From: Candidatus Poribacteria bacterium
Lineage (GTDB): Bacteria; Poribacteria; WGA-4E; WGA-3G
Reading direction: 5' to 3'
Assembly: GCA_965197475.1 (NCBI GenBank)
Contig: CBDANF010000003.1
Coordinates: 3,552,001-3,616,000, forward strand
Length of the DNA stretch: 64,000 nucleotides
Made by a program: the position numbers and the translations under genes. This document shows, in pieces, positions 30,922 to 41,109 of this stretch. Positions within the stretch are counted from its first letter, which is position 1. Every line of letters begins with the position of its first letter. The notes below the pieces were generated by a model. It did not search any database, was not told where the DNA came from, and saw nothing but the letters and a program-made list of their open reading frames with translations.

Positions 30922-31907
30922 GGCTCATGTAAAAAGTAAGTGCTATTTTTTCAAAGTTATGTTAGAGTGTTACCTATGGACTTTCCAATACAATCTCTCA
31001 TGGATGAAGAAAAAACTCAAGCGTGGGTGTTGGATCATTTCCACCCTCAAGGGCTGTGTTGCCCAAAATGCCAAGCGAGCGTGGCGGAGGCACGCAAGTT
31101 CCGTCCGACTGAAACAAGTGGTCTACAAGTGTATCGCTGCAAACACTGTGAGAGCATCTACAACCTCTATACCGGGACGGTCTTTGCTGGCACGCAGTTT
31201 CGTCCCTCACAGGTCGTTCTGCTTTTGCGCGGTGTCTGTCAAGGTGTTTCAAGTGCACAACTCGGGTGTGAACTGGGTCTAAGTCGTCAAACCGTTCTTT
31301 CTATAAGACGTAAACTCCAAACTTCGGCAGAGCAGATACAACCCGAAGCTGCTTTACCTGATGCTGAAGTCGAAACAGATGAGATGTTTCAAAACGCCGG
31401 TGAAAAAGGCGATAAGCACGTTGATGCTTCGGATCCGCCGCGTCGGCGTGGCAATAAACGCAGGGGACATGGGACTTATGACAATGATCGTCCGCCTATT
31501 GTTGGGACGAAAGGTCGCGAAAGCGGTCTCCTGAGATTACGTGTTGTGCGGCACACCGATTCTGCGACGCTTTCAACACACGTTCATCAGTGGACGTTGC
31601 CGACTTCAACGGTGTATACGGATGGTTGGCGTGGCTATAACCGTATTCAGCGCGCCCGTGAGATTGTTCTCCATAAGGATGGCGAGTGGGCAAGAGACGC
31701 AGACGGTGATGGTCTTTACGAGATCCATACAAGGACGATTGAAGGTGCCTGGACGACGCTGCGAAACTTCCTTCGTCCCTTTCGTGGCGTTCATAAAAAG
31801 TTCCTCGCCGGTTACGTCGCAATCTGTGAGTTCGTCATGAATCTAAAAGCTGTCAGTGTTGATTTTATAGCAAAACTCGTCAAAAGCACTTACTCTTGAC
31901 ATGAGCG
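30922..31907 (+). mobile_element. IS1595-family insertion sequence, apparently intact
   Basis: TIR GGCTCATGTAAAAAGTAAGTGCT / CGCTCATGTCAAGAGTAAGTGCT; 8-bp TSD AAAAAGTC. Confidence 0.95.
30976..31899 (+). CDS. IS1595-family transposase
   Basis: Zn ribbon CPKC...CKHC, VETDEMF, YTDGW.GY, HT.TIEG.W..LR. Confidence 0.93.
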   Translation: MDFPIQSLMDEEKTQAWVLDHFHPQGLCCPKCQASVAEARKFRPTETSGLQVYRCKHCESIYNLYTGTVFAGTQFRPSQVVLLLRGVCQGVSSAQLGCELGLSRQTVLSIRRKLQTSAEQIQPEAALPDAEVETDEMFQNAGEKGDKHVDASDPPRRRGNKRRGHGTYDNDRPPIVGTKGRESGLLRLRVVRHTDSATLSTHVHQWTLPTSTVYTDGWRGYNRIQRAREIVLHKDGEWARDADGDGLYEIHTRTIEGAWTTLRNFLRPFRGVHKKFLAGYVAICEFVMNLKAVSVDFIAKLVKSTYS

Positions 31908-32170
31908 AAAAAGTCAAGCATAAATTGAAGAAATAATGAAATTTCGGTAGAATTAGAGCAATTTTGAACAGTGTCTGTCTAATCTGTATAGTCTGTGCCA
32001 ATCCGAGACTTAAACAGCCAACAACCAACTGCCGAATGCGCGTAGAGCATTCTCGTAAATAATCCCATAAATCCTTGAATCCTGAAAGTTCAAGTTCAGA
32101 CGATACAAGCTCCACATGTCCTAATTACACGTAAATTTAGAATGACCTTGTTTATTAGGCACACCCTCAG

Positions 32171-32614
32171 TTAAGTCCGTTCAGGAAGTTCTTCAAAAAA
32201 GACAGCATCCGGTTTTACCCACTCAGCCTCACCATCTGCCCACACTTCACGTTTCCAGATAGGTACAATCTGCTTTAGGCGATTCATCGCAAATTGACAC
32301 GCTTCAAACCCATCTTTGCGATGCGGGGAGGCAACCGCTACAGCCACACTCACTTCACCAATTTCTAACCTGCCGACGCGGTGTATCATCGCAACGCGAT
32401 GGATACCCCATTTATCCGCTATTTCTTTTGCAATCTGTGCCATCTTCTTTTCTGCCATCGGCGGGTATGCCTCATACTCAAGGTGTTTTACCGGTCTGCC
32501 ATCTGTGTTATTTCGAACGGTGCCAAAAAACAGAATCACCGCGCCTGCATCCGGTGCCTCTACAGCTTCCCGAACCTCTGCACCTGTAATGATTTCAGCG
32601 GTTATTTTAAACAT
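32171..32614 (-). CDS. moaE: Molybdopterin synthase catalytic subunit
   Basis: F.GTVR, LEYEAY.PMA, HRVGRL.IGE, HRK, LK..VPIWKRE. Confidence 0.96.
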   Translation of the reverse strand: MFKITAEIITGAEVREAVEAPDAGAVILFFGTVRNNTDGRPVKHLEYEAYPPMAEKKMAQIAKEIADKWGIHRVAMIHRVGRLEIGEVSVAVAVASPHRKDGFEACQFAMNRLKQIVPIWKREVWADGEAEWVKPDAVFFEELPERT

Positions 32615-32861
32615 CGCTTCCCCCTGTCACCGGAGGAATCAACGCGACTTCATCACCTTCAGCAAGTTCGGTGTCTTCGATGGCATATTCCCAATTGACA
32701 GACATTTGCATGACTTCGTAAAACTCAGCAATTTCGGGCCATTCTTCCTCAAGTCGTTTTAAAATCGTTTGGACGGTGGCACCTTCTGGAAGCTGCATCT
32801 CTTCTTCGGATCTATCTAACATTTCGTGGCATACGGCAAAATATTTGACTGTAACCTTCAT
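32607..32861 (-). CDS. moaD: Molybdopterin synthase sulfur carrier with C-terminal extension after Gly-Gly
   Basis: V.VKYFA, VN.EY, GDEVALIPPVTGG followed by SDV. Confidence 0.92.
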   Translation of the reverse strand: MKVTVKYFAVCHEMLDRSEEEMQLPEGATVQTILKRLEEEWPEIAEFYEVMQMSVNWEYAIEDTELAEGDEVALIPPVTGGSDV

Positions 32862-33002
32862 TAGGGCTCCTTTGCTGTTCTATTTCCTGTTCGAATTTGA
32901 TTTCTAAAAGTATATCATAATAGTTGAATGCAGTCAAATTTAGCATTGAAATTTACGGAATTATCTGATAAAATAGGGATAAGTCGTGCGTAAGAAAACA
33001 TA

Positions 33003-33371
33003 GTGGAAAATATGGACAGTATCGTCATAAAAGGCATTCGATTTCACGGTCACCACGGTGTTCCCAAAGCGGAACGGCAGGTCGGTGGACATTATGAAAT
33101 CGATGCAACATTGCACTGCTCGCTTATAAATGCCGGTAGGACCGATGCACTTGAGGATACAATTGATTACGCCGCAGTCGTTGATCTCATTGTTGATGTT
33201 GGCACACAACAGTCGTTTCAACTGATTGAGGCACTTGCAGAAACAATAGCAACAGAGATTTTAAAACGATTCGCTATAGATACCGTCCATCTTACCGTCA
33301 AAAAACTTCATCCACCAATAGAAAAACCGATTACCTACTTTGCTGTTGAAATCTGTCGTAAAAAGGAGTGA
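33003..33371 (+). CDS. folB: Dihydroneopterin aldolase
   Basis: FHGHHGV..ER, D.LEDTIDY, LIEALAE, VKKL.PP. Confidence 0.95.
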   Translation: MENMDSIVIKGIRFHGHHGVPKAERQVGGHYEIDATLHCSLINAGRTDALEDTIDYAAVVDLIVDVGTQQSFQLIEALAETIATEILKRFAIDTVHLTVKKLHPPIEKPITYFAVEICRKKE

Positions 33372-34579
33372 AAATGCGATTTGGACTGCGGTTGTGCATC
33401 GTTATATTATTAGCATGCCTAATTAGTACTTTATCACAAGCAGGTGGAAAGAAAACACAACTTTTTCCTGACTTGTCACCCGAACTCGATATTTACCGAT
33501 ACGACTGGGATGCCGAAACTTGTGTAATTTACGTTGCAGAGATGTCGCGGAATGACCCGACACTTCAGTTTGAAGTCGCACTTGCCAATTCCCAAGTTCT
33601 TGGAAAAGAGACTGTCCGCTCTATGGCACAGCGGCGCACGCAACGGGGTGATCGGCGCGTCGTTGTAGCTGTTAACGGTGGTTTCGGTGTCCTTGGTGAT
33701 CTGCGAGGTTACGGCGGCGTTTTGGAAAACTTGTATATCCAAGATGGTGAACTCATCACACAACCTACGGATAACGGAGCATGTTTCGGTGTAACCGAAT
33801 CTGGCGAATTTTTGAGTACTCCTGTGGAAATGAAAGCAAGTATACAGATAGGTACCCACACATTGGAAATCGGATGTATAAACCAGCGCAGGCTTGATGG
33901 ATGCCAGGTGACACTTTACACACCACGCCTCGGTGAATCCACACACACAAACCGCCGCAGAGGCAAGGAAATAGTCCTCAGTGGACTTCCGCTGCCTTTG
34001 ACACCAAACTACGCGCACCCTTATCGCGTAGAAAAGGTCTCAACAGATGGAAACAGCACGATACCCAGAGACGGCGCAATCCTTTGGATTAGTACGGGGA
34101 TTAAAAATCCCGTAGTTTCTCAGTTCAATGCAGGAACAAGTGGTACACTCACGCTCTCTCTTTCACCCCCTGAGTGGAATCAAGTCCGCCATGCTATTGG
34201 TGGACGCATGCGACTCCTCAATAATGGCAAAATAAATCAAGAGCTTGTGGATATGCACCTTAAATATAAAAAGGATCATGTCCCCGGTAAACGCACCTCA
34301 ATACTAAACTTGAGCCATGAACCACGAACTGCGCTGGGTTACAACACCGACACCCTATTTTTAGTTGTTGCAGATGGCCGACAACCAAAGTATAGCACAG
34401 GCTTAACACTCTACGAACTCGCCAGCATCCTCATTGAACTCGGTGCAACCGAAGCGATTAATCTTGATGGTGGATCCTCAAGTACATTTGTTGTCAATGA
34501 TGAAGTTATAAACAAACCTTCTGGACAGAAGGAGCGAGAGGTGCTTAACGCCGTGTTTATCACAAAAGATGTGGATTAA
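33368..34579 (+). CDS. Phosphodiester glycosidase (NAGPA-like) family secreted protein
   Basis: AVNGGF, PRTALG, VADGRQ, AINLDGGSS. Confidence 0.9.
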   Translation: MKMRFGLRLCIVILLACLISTLSQAGGKKTQLFPDLSPELDIYRYDWDAETCVIYVAEMSRNDPTLQFEVALANSQVLGKETVRSMAQRRTQRGDRRVVVAVNGGFGVLGDLRGYGGVLENLYIQDGELITQPTDNGACFGVTESGEFLSTPVEMKASIQIGTHTLEIGCINQRRLDGCQVTLYTPRLGESTHTNRRRGKEIVLSGLPLPLTPNYAHPYRVEKVSTDGNSTIPRDGAILWISTGIKNPVVSQFNAGTSGTLTLSLSPPEWNQVRHAIGGRMRLLNNGKINQELVDMHLKYKKDHVPGKRTSILNLSHEPRTALGYNTDTLFLVVADGRQPKYSTGLTLYELASILIELGATEAINLDGGSSSTFVVNDEVINKPSGQKEREVLNAVFITKDVD

Positions 34580-34600
34580 TATCAATTTTGGAGGTTTAAC

Positions 34601-35644
34601 TTGAAGGCTTATTTTTCATTTGTATACATTCTGTTTTTTGTGTTCCTGGTGGCAGACAGTCAACCCGCAGAAGATACCCCTAAACTATTAAAGGCAATCC
34701 CACTTTCGCAAACCGCAATTCAACTTCAATTTGATGGGAAGTTGCAAGCAAAATTCGCTGAAGACCTCTCAATCTATAAAATTACACCAGATATTAAAAT
34801 TGAATTCGCACTACTTGATGAACGGTTGAACCGCGTTCTGCTACTCACTTCCCCGTTAGAGATAGAAAAAGCTTACTGCCTCACACTAAAAAACACACAA
34901 ACAGAGATAGACGTAACACTGCCTGCTGAAAACGAAATAACCTTCGGTGCGGGCAACTCGATTACATTCTCTGGTGGGTTGCAGGATACCAGTTTGATTG
35001 TTAATAAAGACCGCAAGACACGAAACTACAACGCAGGCGCAGAAACAACCCTCTTATGTAATCCAAGTGGAAACGTGTTCTTCGTCGTTTTTGACCTATT
35101 TGATGCATTCGAAGATATGGGTATCCGAGAACCGACACAGGTATTAGAGGCATCAATTAACCTCCACGTGCAGCAAACTGATACAGATTCTGCTCAGACC
35201 GTTGTTCTTCGTCGCGTTCTGCTGCCGTGGCGTGAGGGCAGAGGCACCTCTGATCGGGCAGAAGAGAACGAACTTACCTACAACAGCGCATTGCATCGCA
35301 ACCTGCCATGGAACAAACCGCCCGCACAAGCCATGTTAGCTGGGATAGATGGTGATAACGAAAGTGATTACAACGGATCTGAAGATGTCGCGCATCGAAT
35401 TGATGGTGCTTTTGAGATTCAAGAGGCAGGAAAACGTTATATCTTCAAAAGCGAATTAATCACTGATGCAGTCCGCTTTTGGGTGGCAAACCCCGATTAC
35501 AACTCCGGTTATCTTTTCGCATTGCGGGATGGGAGTGCGCCTATCGTTTTCTCATCAAAAGAGCATGCCGATGAAAACCTGCGTCCGGTGTTAACAATTC
35601 GCTACCAGACAAAATCAGATGAGGAAACTACTCCGCAGCGTTAA
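34601..35644 (+). CDS. Secreted protein, Ig-like plus DNRLRE-type domain
   Basis: Signal peptide; NYNAG, W.EG, W...P..NSG, FSSKE...RPVLTIRY. Confidence 0.7.
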   Translation: MKAYFSFVYILFFVFLVADSQPAEDTPKLLKAIPLSQTAIQLQFDGKLQAKFAEDLSIYKITPDIKIEFALLDERLNRVLLLTSPLEIEKAYCLTLKNTQTEIDVTLPAENEITFGAGNSITFSGGLQDTSLIVNKDRKTRNYNAGAETTLLCNPSGNVFFVVFDLFDAFEDMGIREPTQVLEASINLHVQQTDTDSAQTVVLRRVLLPWREGRGTSDRAEENELTYNSALHRNLPWNKPPAQAMLAGIDGDNESDYNGSEDVAHRIDGAFEIQEAGKRYIFKSELITDAVRFWVANPDYNSGYLFALRDGSAPIVFSSKEHADENLRPVLTIRYQTKSDEETTPQR

Positions 35645-35692
35645 AAAATATTAAAACTTTCTTTCTAATGTTGTGAATAGGGTTCACAACAT

Positions 35693-36979
35693 TCACACAT
35701 ACTCCCGCAAATGTGCCAATGTCCGCTCCACTGTCCCGAGATTTTCTTCAATCAGCTGCTTTCCGATATTGCCAGCAGTCATCCTCTCCGCATCATTGGA
35801 CAACCATTCGGTGATAACCGTCGCCATCTGTTGTGGCGTATGTACAAGTTTCGCCGCACCTTTTTCTAATAAAAGAGATGCTTCATAAGCATTCTCTATC
35901 GTAGGACCAAACAGGATCGGTTTCGCCATCGCTGCAGGTTCCATCACATTGTGAACACTACCGTGAAAACTTCCCCCAACAAATGCGATGTCTGCTAACT
36001 GATACAGTTTTGCTAAAATCCCTACCGTGTCAATGATGAGAACATCTATTCTCTCTAAACTCACATCACTGTTAAGCTCAGAGAAGCAACGATACGTCAA
36101 TTTCCGCCGATTCAACCCAGAAATAATTTCGGTTATCCGTGCAAGTGTCGGTTCATGTGGCACTAAAATCAAGCGTGGCAAACGCTCAGGCGCATCTTCA
36201 CGAAGAATTTGATACGCCTCAAATACGACCTTCTCATCATCTGCATAAGTACTACCAGCGATGAGAATAGAACGTTTTAAAGTAAATTGCCCTGGGAAAA
36301 ATTCTGCGTCAGGTTCAACCGAAAGTGCCCGTCGGTAAACCTGTTCATAACGGGTATCGCCAGTAACAACAATCTGATGCTTTGAAGAACAGAGTTGTTC
36401 AAACCGAGCGGCATCTGCTTCCGAAATAGCACAATGTAACGTGATATGTTGATGCACACTGCTGAAAAAAGACCTCGCGAATCTGCCAAGACGTTTTGAG
36501 CCAGCATGTAACGTCCCAGCGATGACAATGACAGGAATCTCATATTTGGAAGCCTTCCATACCAGATTAGGCCAAATATCGTATCTCGAAAAAACCAGGC
36601 AAGTAGGTTTAATGATATCTATCAAACGTTCTGCATTTCGAGGGGTATCAAAGGGAAGATAAACGGATGCGTCAACATAAGAATAGGCTTCTACATTTGG
36701 GGCAACCGAGGGTGAAAAGAAAGTTAAAACAATTCGGGCATCTGCGTAAATCGCTTCAATCAGTGGTTTTGCTTGTTCAAACTCCCCGACAGAAGTAAAA
36801 TGAAACCAAAATGTTTTTTTTAAATTACGGGCATCGTTGAGTTGACGCTTCAATTTCTCAAATACTTGTCGCCGTCCAACGATACCCTCACGAATTTTGC
36901 GATTGCAACACGCTGCCAAATGAAAACCGATGAACATAACGGGAAGTGTGAACGTGTTGTAGACAAATCGCCAAAACAT
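35693..36979 (-). CDS. waaA: 3-deoxy-D-manno-octulosonic acid transferase
   Basis: WFH..SVGE, YLPFD, WPN, AGST, LVPH, AFVGGS, HNVMEPA. Confidence 0.92.
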   Translation of the reverse strand: MFWRFVYNTFTLPVMFIGFHLAACCNRKIREGIVGRRQVFEKLKRQLNDARNLKKTFWFHFTSVGEFEQAKPLIEAIYADARIVLTFFSPSVAPNVEAYSYVDASVYLPFDTPRNAERLIDIIKPTCLVFSRYDIWPNLVWKASKYEIPVIVIAGTLHAGSKRLGRFARSFFSSVHQHITLHCAISEADAARFEQLCSSKHQIVVTGDTRYEQVYRRALSVEPDAEFFPGQFTLKRSILIAGSTYADDEKVVFEAYQILREDAPERLPRLILVPHEPTLARITEIISGLNRRKLTYRCFSELNSDVSLERIDVLIIDTVGILAKLYQLADIAFVGGSFHGSVHNVMEPAAMAKPILFGPTIENAYEASLLLEKGAAKLVHTPQQMATVITEWLSNDAERMTAGNIGKQLIEENLGTVERTLAHLREYV

Positions 36980-37090
36980 GATGGTGTGTTACGCGTGGGG
37001 TTGTTAGGTTTGCGAACCGAGAAATCTTTGCAGAAGCCTGCCGAAGCAGGACTGCTCCGGCTCTGATGCTTCTACATAGAGGAGGATAGA

Positions 37091-37420
37091 TTAAATAGCT
37101 TCCAAGATTTTCTTCTTGAGCGCATCTTTAGGCATTGCGCCGACAATCTGGTCCGCGACTTGCCCATCTTTAAAGACAAGCAGCGTCGGAATGCTTCGCA
37201 CACTATATTTCATTGCAGTTTGACGATTGTCATCCACGTTGACCTTCCCTACTTTGAAAGTGTCCGCATTTTCGGCGGCAAGTTCCTCCAAAATAGGCGC
37301 AATCATTTTGCACGGACCGCACCACTCTGCCCAAAAGTCAACAACGACAGGTGTATCTGATGTAAGCACCATTCCCTCAAACGTATCGTCGGTGATTTCA
37401 AAAGTATTTTCAGCCATCAT
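37091..37420 (-). CDS. trxA: Thioredoxin
   Basis: VDFWAEWCGPCKMIAP, SIPTL. Confidence 0.97.
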   Translation of the reverse strand: MMAENTFEITDDTFEGMVLTSDTPVVVDFWAEWCGPCKMIAPILEELAAENADTFKVGKVNVDDNRQTAMKYSVRSIPTLLVFKDGQVADQIVGAMPKDALKKKILEAI

Positions 37421-37792
37421 AACTCCTTTTAACTATAAAAAATGTGAAGATGTTAGGTATGTTCGCCACCACGGTTGTCAATTAATGTGATGATTTTTCA
37501 GAATGTTATTGACGCATCTACAGCCTTTTGATTTGGCAAGGTTGATAAACAAAAATTTCTTTCAGACGAATCAATATGTTAATATGTTACCCTATTCTAA
37601 AATTAATTTCCACATATAATTAAGCACTTTTCAATTTTAGGTAGGGTGCCGCTCCGTTTCAATCTAAACTTTTGATACACATTACACACCCATAGGTGAA
37701 AACCTTCAATCAAATTCTCTCTGCTAAACATACCGATCCAGATGCAGATGTTCTCCTCTTGAAAATGAGATTGATGCACGGGTGTATGAATT

Positions 37793-39148
37793 CTGATATT
37801 TATCAAAATTCTTCATATGTCAATGTTTATCAATGTTTTCTTGGTATTTGTTCATGAAAATGCTCGCTGAGATCAGACAGCATCTGCCTCTGTCCTGAAA
37901 GTTCAAGTTGTCCTTGATGAAAGGTTTTTCGCACGGAGCGACTGACCTGCTGTATCAAAAGGTAGCTCATCACTTTCACACCTAAGTTCGCATACGCGCC
38001 ATTCCGTCCTTTTAGGCTCATGGATGCGAGGTTTAGGTCTGTTTTTAGATACCGCCAATACTGTTCTATACCGTGGTGTTGAGACCATATCCGCAGGATT
38101 TCACAAGCACGGAGTGGTTTCCCGAATACGAGCATTGTTCGGACTTTGCCACGGTCTGCCAAGAACAACACCACTACTTTTCCAAAAGTTGGACTTGTGG
38201 CTTTAGTCCGATAGACCGGTTTATCGCACCCCCATTGATTGGAGAGGAGTTTGATCGACTTTTTATGCTCCGAGAGTTTCACCTTTTTTTCATCAATCGT
38301 CATCACATAGTTGCTTTTTCCGTGCACAAGGATCGTTTCAAATCCCATTTCTCGCAAGGTGTCAATCAAGTGGTGGCTGCCATACCACGAATCGAAGGTG
38401 ATCGGATAGTTTCGGATATCTATTCCGGTCTCTTCAAAGAAGGACACCACTTCCTTGAACATAGTGATGACACAAGAGGGTTTATCCGTGTTCCCGCGTC
38501 CTTGTTTGCTGACCAGTCGCATATTCAGGGGAATGATCTGATTTCCAATCTTTAGGACGATCCCCAATATATTTTGCCCCTTCATTGGCTGTTTTGCTTG
38601 AGAAGACCACCAATTGGATGTGTAGGCGAGACCCTCTCCATAGCGGAAAACAAAGGTATCATCCACACTGATGACGATACGTAGACGCGATAGAGAAGCA
38701 GCACTTTTTGATACTGCCTCCTGTAGCACCTCTAACGCAATAGAACACCCGATACGCACAAAAAGATGCTGCCAGAGATAAAGACTCATCGTGTTCAGTT
38801 CCCGATATAGCCTCGTTTTCGGAATAGACAACGCATCCGCCACTTGATCCGGGTTAGTGAGCCCAAACAGATGGCAGGTTGACAAAAACACTAAGGTATG
38901 AACAAAATGCTGTTTCAAGGTCCGAAACTGTGAAGATAGAAGTTCTTGAAAAAAAGTGGTAGATTTGATAAGCTGAGTTAGCATGAGATATCCTCCTAAT
39001 GTTTGTTTATATTCAAATCTGTAATTAGGATGCTATCTCATGCTATAAAAGTCAAGGAAAATGGACACAGCAAAAACGCATTTTCATGGTGCTATACCTT
39101 GTTTCTATTGATTATTATTAGGTTCAAGACCATTCTGAGAAATATCAG
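37793..39148 (-). mobile_element. IS701/IS4-superfamily insertion sequence
   Basis: TIR CTGATATTT(A/C)TCA(A/G)AAT, 5-bp TSD GAATT (37788-37792, 39149-39153). Confidence 0.9.
37830..38984 (-). CDS. DDE transposase
   Basis: VDDT, FDSWY, W..H..IE.YWR.LK. Confidence 0.9.
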   Translation of the reverse strand: MLTQLIKSTTFFQELLSSQFRTLKQHFVHTLVFLSTCHLFGLTNPDQVADALSIPKTRLYRELNTMSLYLWQHLFVRIGCSIALEVLQEAVSKSAASLSRLRIVISVDDTFVFRYGEGLAYTSNWWSSQAKQPMKGQNILGIVLKIGNQIIPLNMRLVSKQGRGNTDKPSCVITMFKEVVSFFEETGIDIRNYPITFDSWYGSHHLIDTLREMGFETILVHGKSNYVMTIDEKKVKLSEHKKSIKLLSNQWGCDKPVYRTKATSPTFGKVVVLFLADRGKVRTMLVFGKPLRACEILRIWSQHHGIEQYWRYLKTDLNLASMSLKGRNGAYANLGVKVMSYLLIQQVSRSVRKTFHQGQLELSGQRQMLSDLSEHFHEQIPRKH

Positions 39149-39207
39149 GAATTGTATAATTTAACACCAAATGAGATTCGCATTATGGAAAAAAATAGGA
39201 GAGCATA

Positions 39208-40329
39208 ATGGATGATTTGACTGCTGCACTAGTACAGGGTTTAAAAGAAGAAGCAACTGAATCTAAAGCCGAAATGGATAAAGCATGCACTGAAGCGATT
39301 GAAGACTTTCGGAGTAATAATCCAGATATATGTAATATGAAGGTTAAAAGACATAACAAAATAGAGTTTAGAGCCTTTTTTAGTGAGGATTCTGTGGAAT
39401 CCCAAAGTTGGGAAATATTTCATAATCAAGTAGAAGATCGCATGCTTAAACAGATCTGTTTTGAGATAGAGAAATGCCTTAATAAGTCTTTGCAGAACAA
39501 CGATTTAAAAAAGCATCTTCGGATAGAACGTAAAGACAAAAAGAACCAATTGCAAGGAATTTTACATTGTCCCAAGAAAGAGATTGACAAGATACGTCAA
39601 GACTGTGATGATTTTCGAGTTCAGGCTGTAACAAATACACTGGACATATTTAGGAAAGTTACGATTGACAATGCTCGTAATATTAACCAAGTTGATTTGC
39701 CAGAAATCGGTATAACGCTAACTTTCCCTACTTCAAGAACACTAAATATATTAAGGCACCGTGAGCAGTCAGGTGTAATAAAGGGACAGTATATCTATAG
39801 TCTTCCATCAGTGACCTTAGATACAGACGTGTTCCTCAAAATGAAAAGAGGAGAATCTATAAATATGCTGGAATTCCGAGAGAAATATTGGGTGGATTTA
39901 GCGGTTACTGAGCGAATTCGTGAAGATATTAAGCTACGTCCAGATGAAGAAGAGTTTCTTTCATATTACTATATTCGAAAGATTCCCTCCATTATGCGTT
40001 TCTGTTTTGACAGTAAGGCTAAACGATTCCTTATTAATCCAAAGTTCAATAAACCAGGGAGTACTGAATTTTTAAAATTTACAGAGTCAATTGTTGACAA
40101 TTATTTTACACCGAGAGGTGAAACTCCTCCAGGATATCTGGACTGGGATCATCTCCATGCTCATTACTTATTTGGGAGAGATATTTTTCTGACAGAGGAT
40201 CAAAAAATTCTTAGTATTGATGATCAGTTAAAAACATTCGGTATCACCGTAATGAATTTTGAAAACTTCTTGAATTCGTATAAGACTAACGAGGATCTAA
40301 AAAATCTTTCGGAAATTCAATTTTTCTAG
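39208..40329 (+). CDS. Hypothetical protein with probable C-terminal PIN-like domain
   Basis: VTLDTDVF...VTERIREDI...DWDHLHAH...DIFLTEDQKI acidic pattern; AT-rich. Confidence 0.6.
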   Translation: MDDLTAALVQGLKEEATESKAEMDKACTEAIEDFRSNNPDICNMKVKRHNKIEFRAFFSEDSVESQSWEIFHNQVEDRMLKQICFEIEKCLNKSLQNNDLKKHLRIERKDKKNQLQGILHCPKKEIDKIRQDCDDFRVQAVTNTLDIFRKVTIDNARNINQVDLPEIGITLTFPTSRTLNILRHREQSGVIKGQYIYSLPSVTLDTDVFLKMKRGESINMLEFREKYWVDLAVTERIREDIKLRPDEEEFLSYYYIRKIPSIMRFCFDSKAKRFLINPKFNKPGSTEFLKFTESIVDNYFTPRGETPPGYLDWDHLHAHYLFGRDIFLTEDQKILSIDDQLKTFGITVMNFENFLNSYKTNEDLKNLSEIQFF

Positions 40330-40550
40330 CAAGGCGGAATGAAATTATCTGAACACAGATGACGCGAACTTTCAATCTGCGTCATCCGTATAATCCGAGA
40401 TTCAGAAACAAAAAATCACGCCCACCTCATTTTCTTCACAAGAACACGAAATCTCTAAACCCGCCAATTAAAACTCCCATTAAATCCGTTGATAACTGGC
40501 TCAAGTTGTGATATACTTTCTGCAACTATTTGTGGAAAGAGGTGGATACC

Positions 40551-40808
40551 ATGAACAACTATAGAGACATAATTACCATTGAACCGGGTAAACGCAGCGG
40601 GCAGCCTTGTATTCGGGGAATGCGGATCACCGTTTACGATGTCTTTGAATACCTTGCATCGGGTATGACAGTAGCGGAAGTTCTTCACGATTTTCCCGAG
40701 TTAACCGAGACAGACATTCGCGCCTGTTTTGCTTATGCTGCGGACAAGGAAAAATCACAGGTGGTCGTTTACACAGATGAAACTTCTATTCGATCAGAAC
40801 CTATCTGA
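40551..40808 (+). CDS. DUF433 antitoxin-like protein
   Basis: PGKRSGQPCIRGMRITVYDV..YLASGM, DFPELT..DIRA. Confidence 0.93.
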   Translation: MNNYRDIITIEPGKRSGQPCIRGMRITVYDVFEYLASGMTVAEVLHDFPELTETDIRACFAYAADKEKSQVVVYTDETSIRSEPI

Positions 40809-41109
40809 CCAACTGGTGACGCTGCTGGCGGATCTATTTCCTAATTCTACCCATGTCAAAACTATAGGGTTAGATACGGCAACGGATACCGAGTTATGGG
40901 ATTACGCTCGCGATAACGATTATTCCATCGTTTCAAAGGACACGGATTTCAGGAATAGGAGTGTTATTCACGGCTATCCCCCAAAAGTGATTTGGATCAA
41001 GATAGGGAATTGCTCGACGGGTGCTGTTGAATACAATTTGAGAAAGCATTTCGCTGATATTAAAGAATTTGTGAGAGATGCAAATGCGGGATTATTTGTC
41101 CTGCGGTAA
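40777..41109 (+). CDS. DUF5615 PIN-like toxin (VapC45-like)
   Basis: MKLLFDQNLS, HV, D.ELWDYA, SKDTDF, PPKVIW.K.GN; overlaps the DUF433 gene. Confidence 0.92.
   Translation: MKLLFDQNLSDQLVTLLADLFPNSTHVKTIGLDTATDTELWDYARDNDYSIVSKDTDFRNRSVIHGYPPKVIWIKIGNCSTGAVEYNLRKHFADIKEFVRDANAGLFVLR

Larger units (their letters stand above)
37696..39208 (+). pseudogene. C-terminal remnant of a type IIG/Eco57I-like restriction-modification gene, split by an IS
   Basis: QILSAKHTDPDADV(fs)LENEIDARVYE|IS|LYNLTPNEIRIME matches the typical ILxxK...EIDxxVYxLYxLTxxEI tail. Confidence 0.7.

Noticed and set aside
36990-37075. Structured RNA between trxA and waaA (CCUGC-UUCG-GCAGG)
   Set aside because: More simply a REP-like palindrome or stabilising hairpin; no recognisable RNA family.
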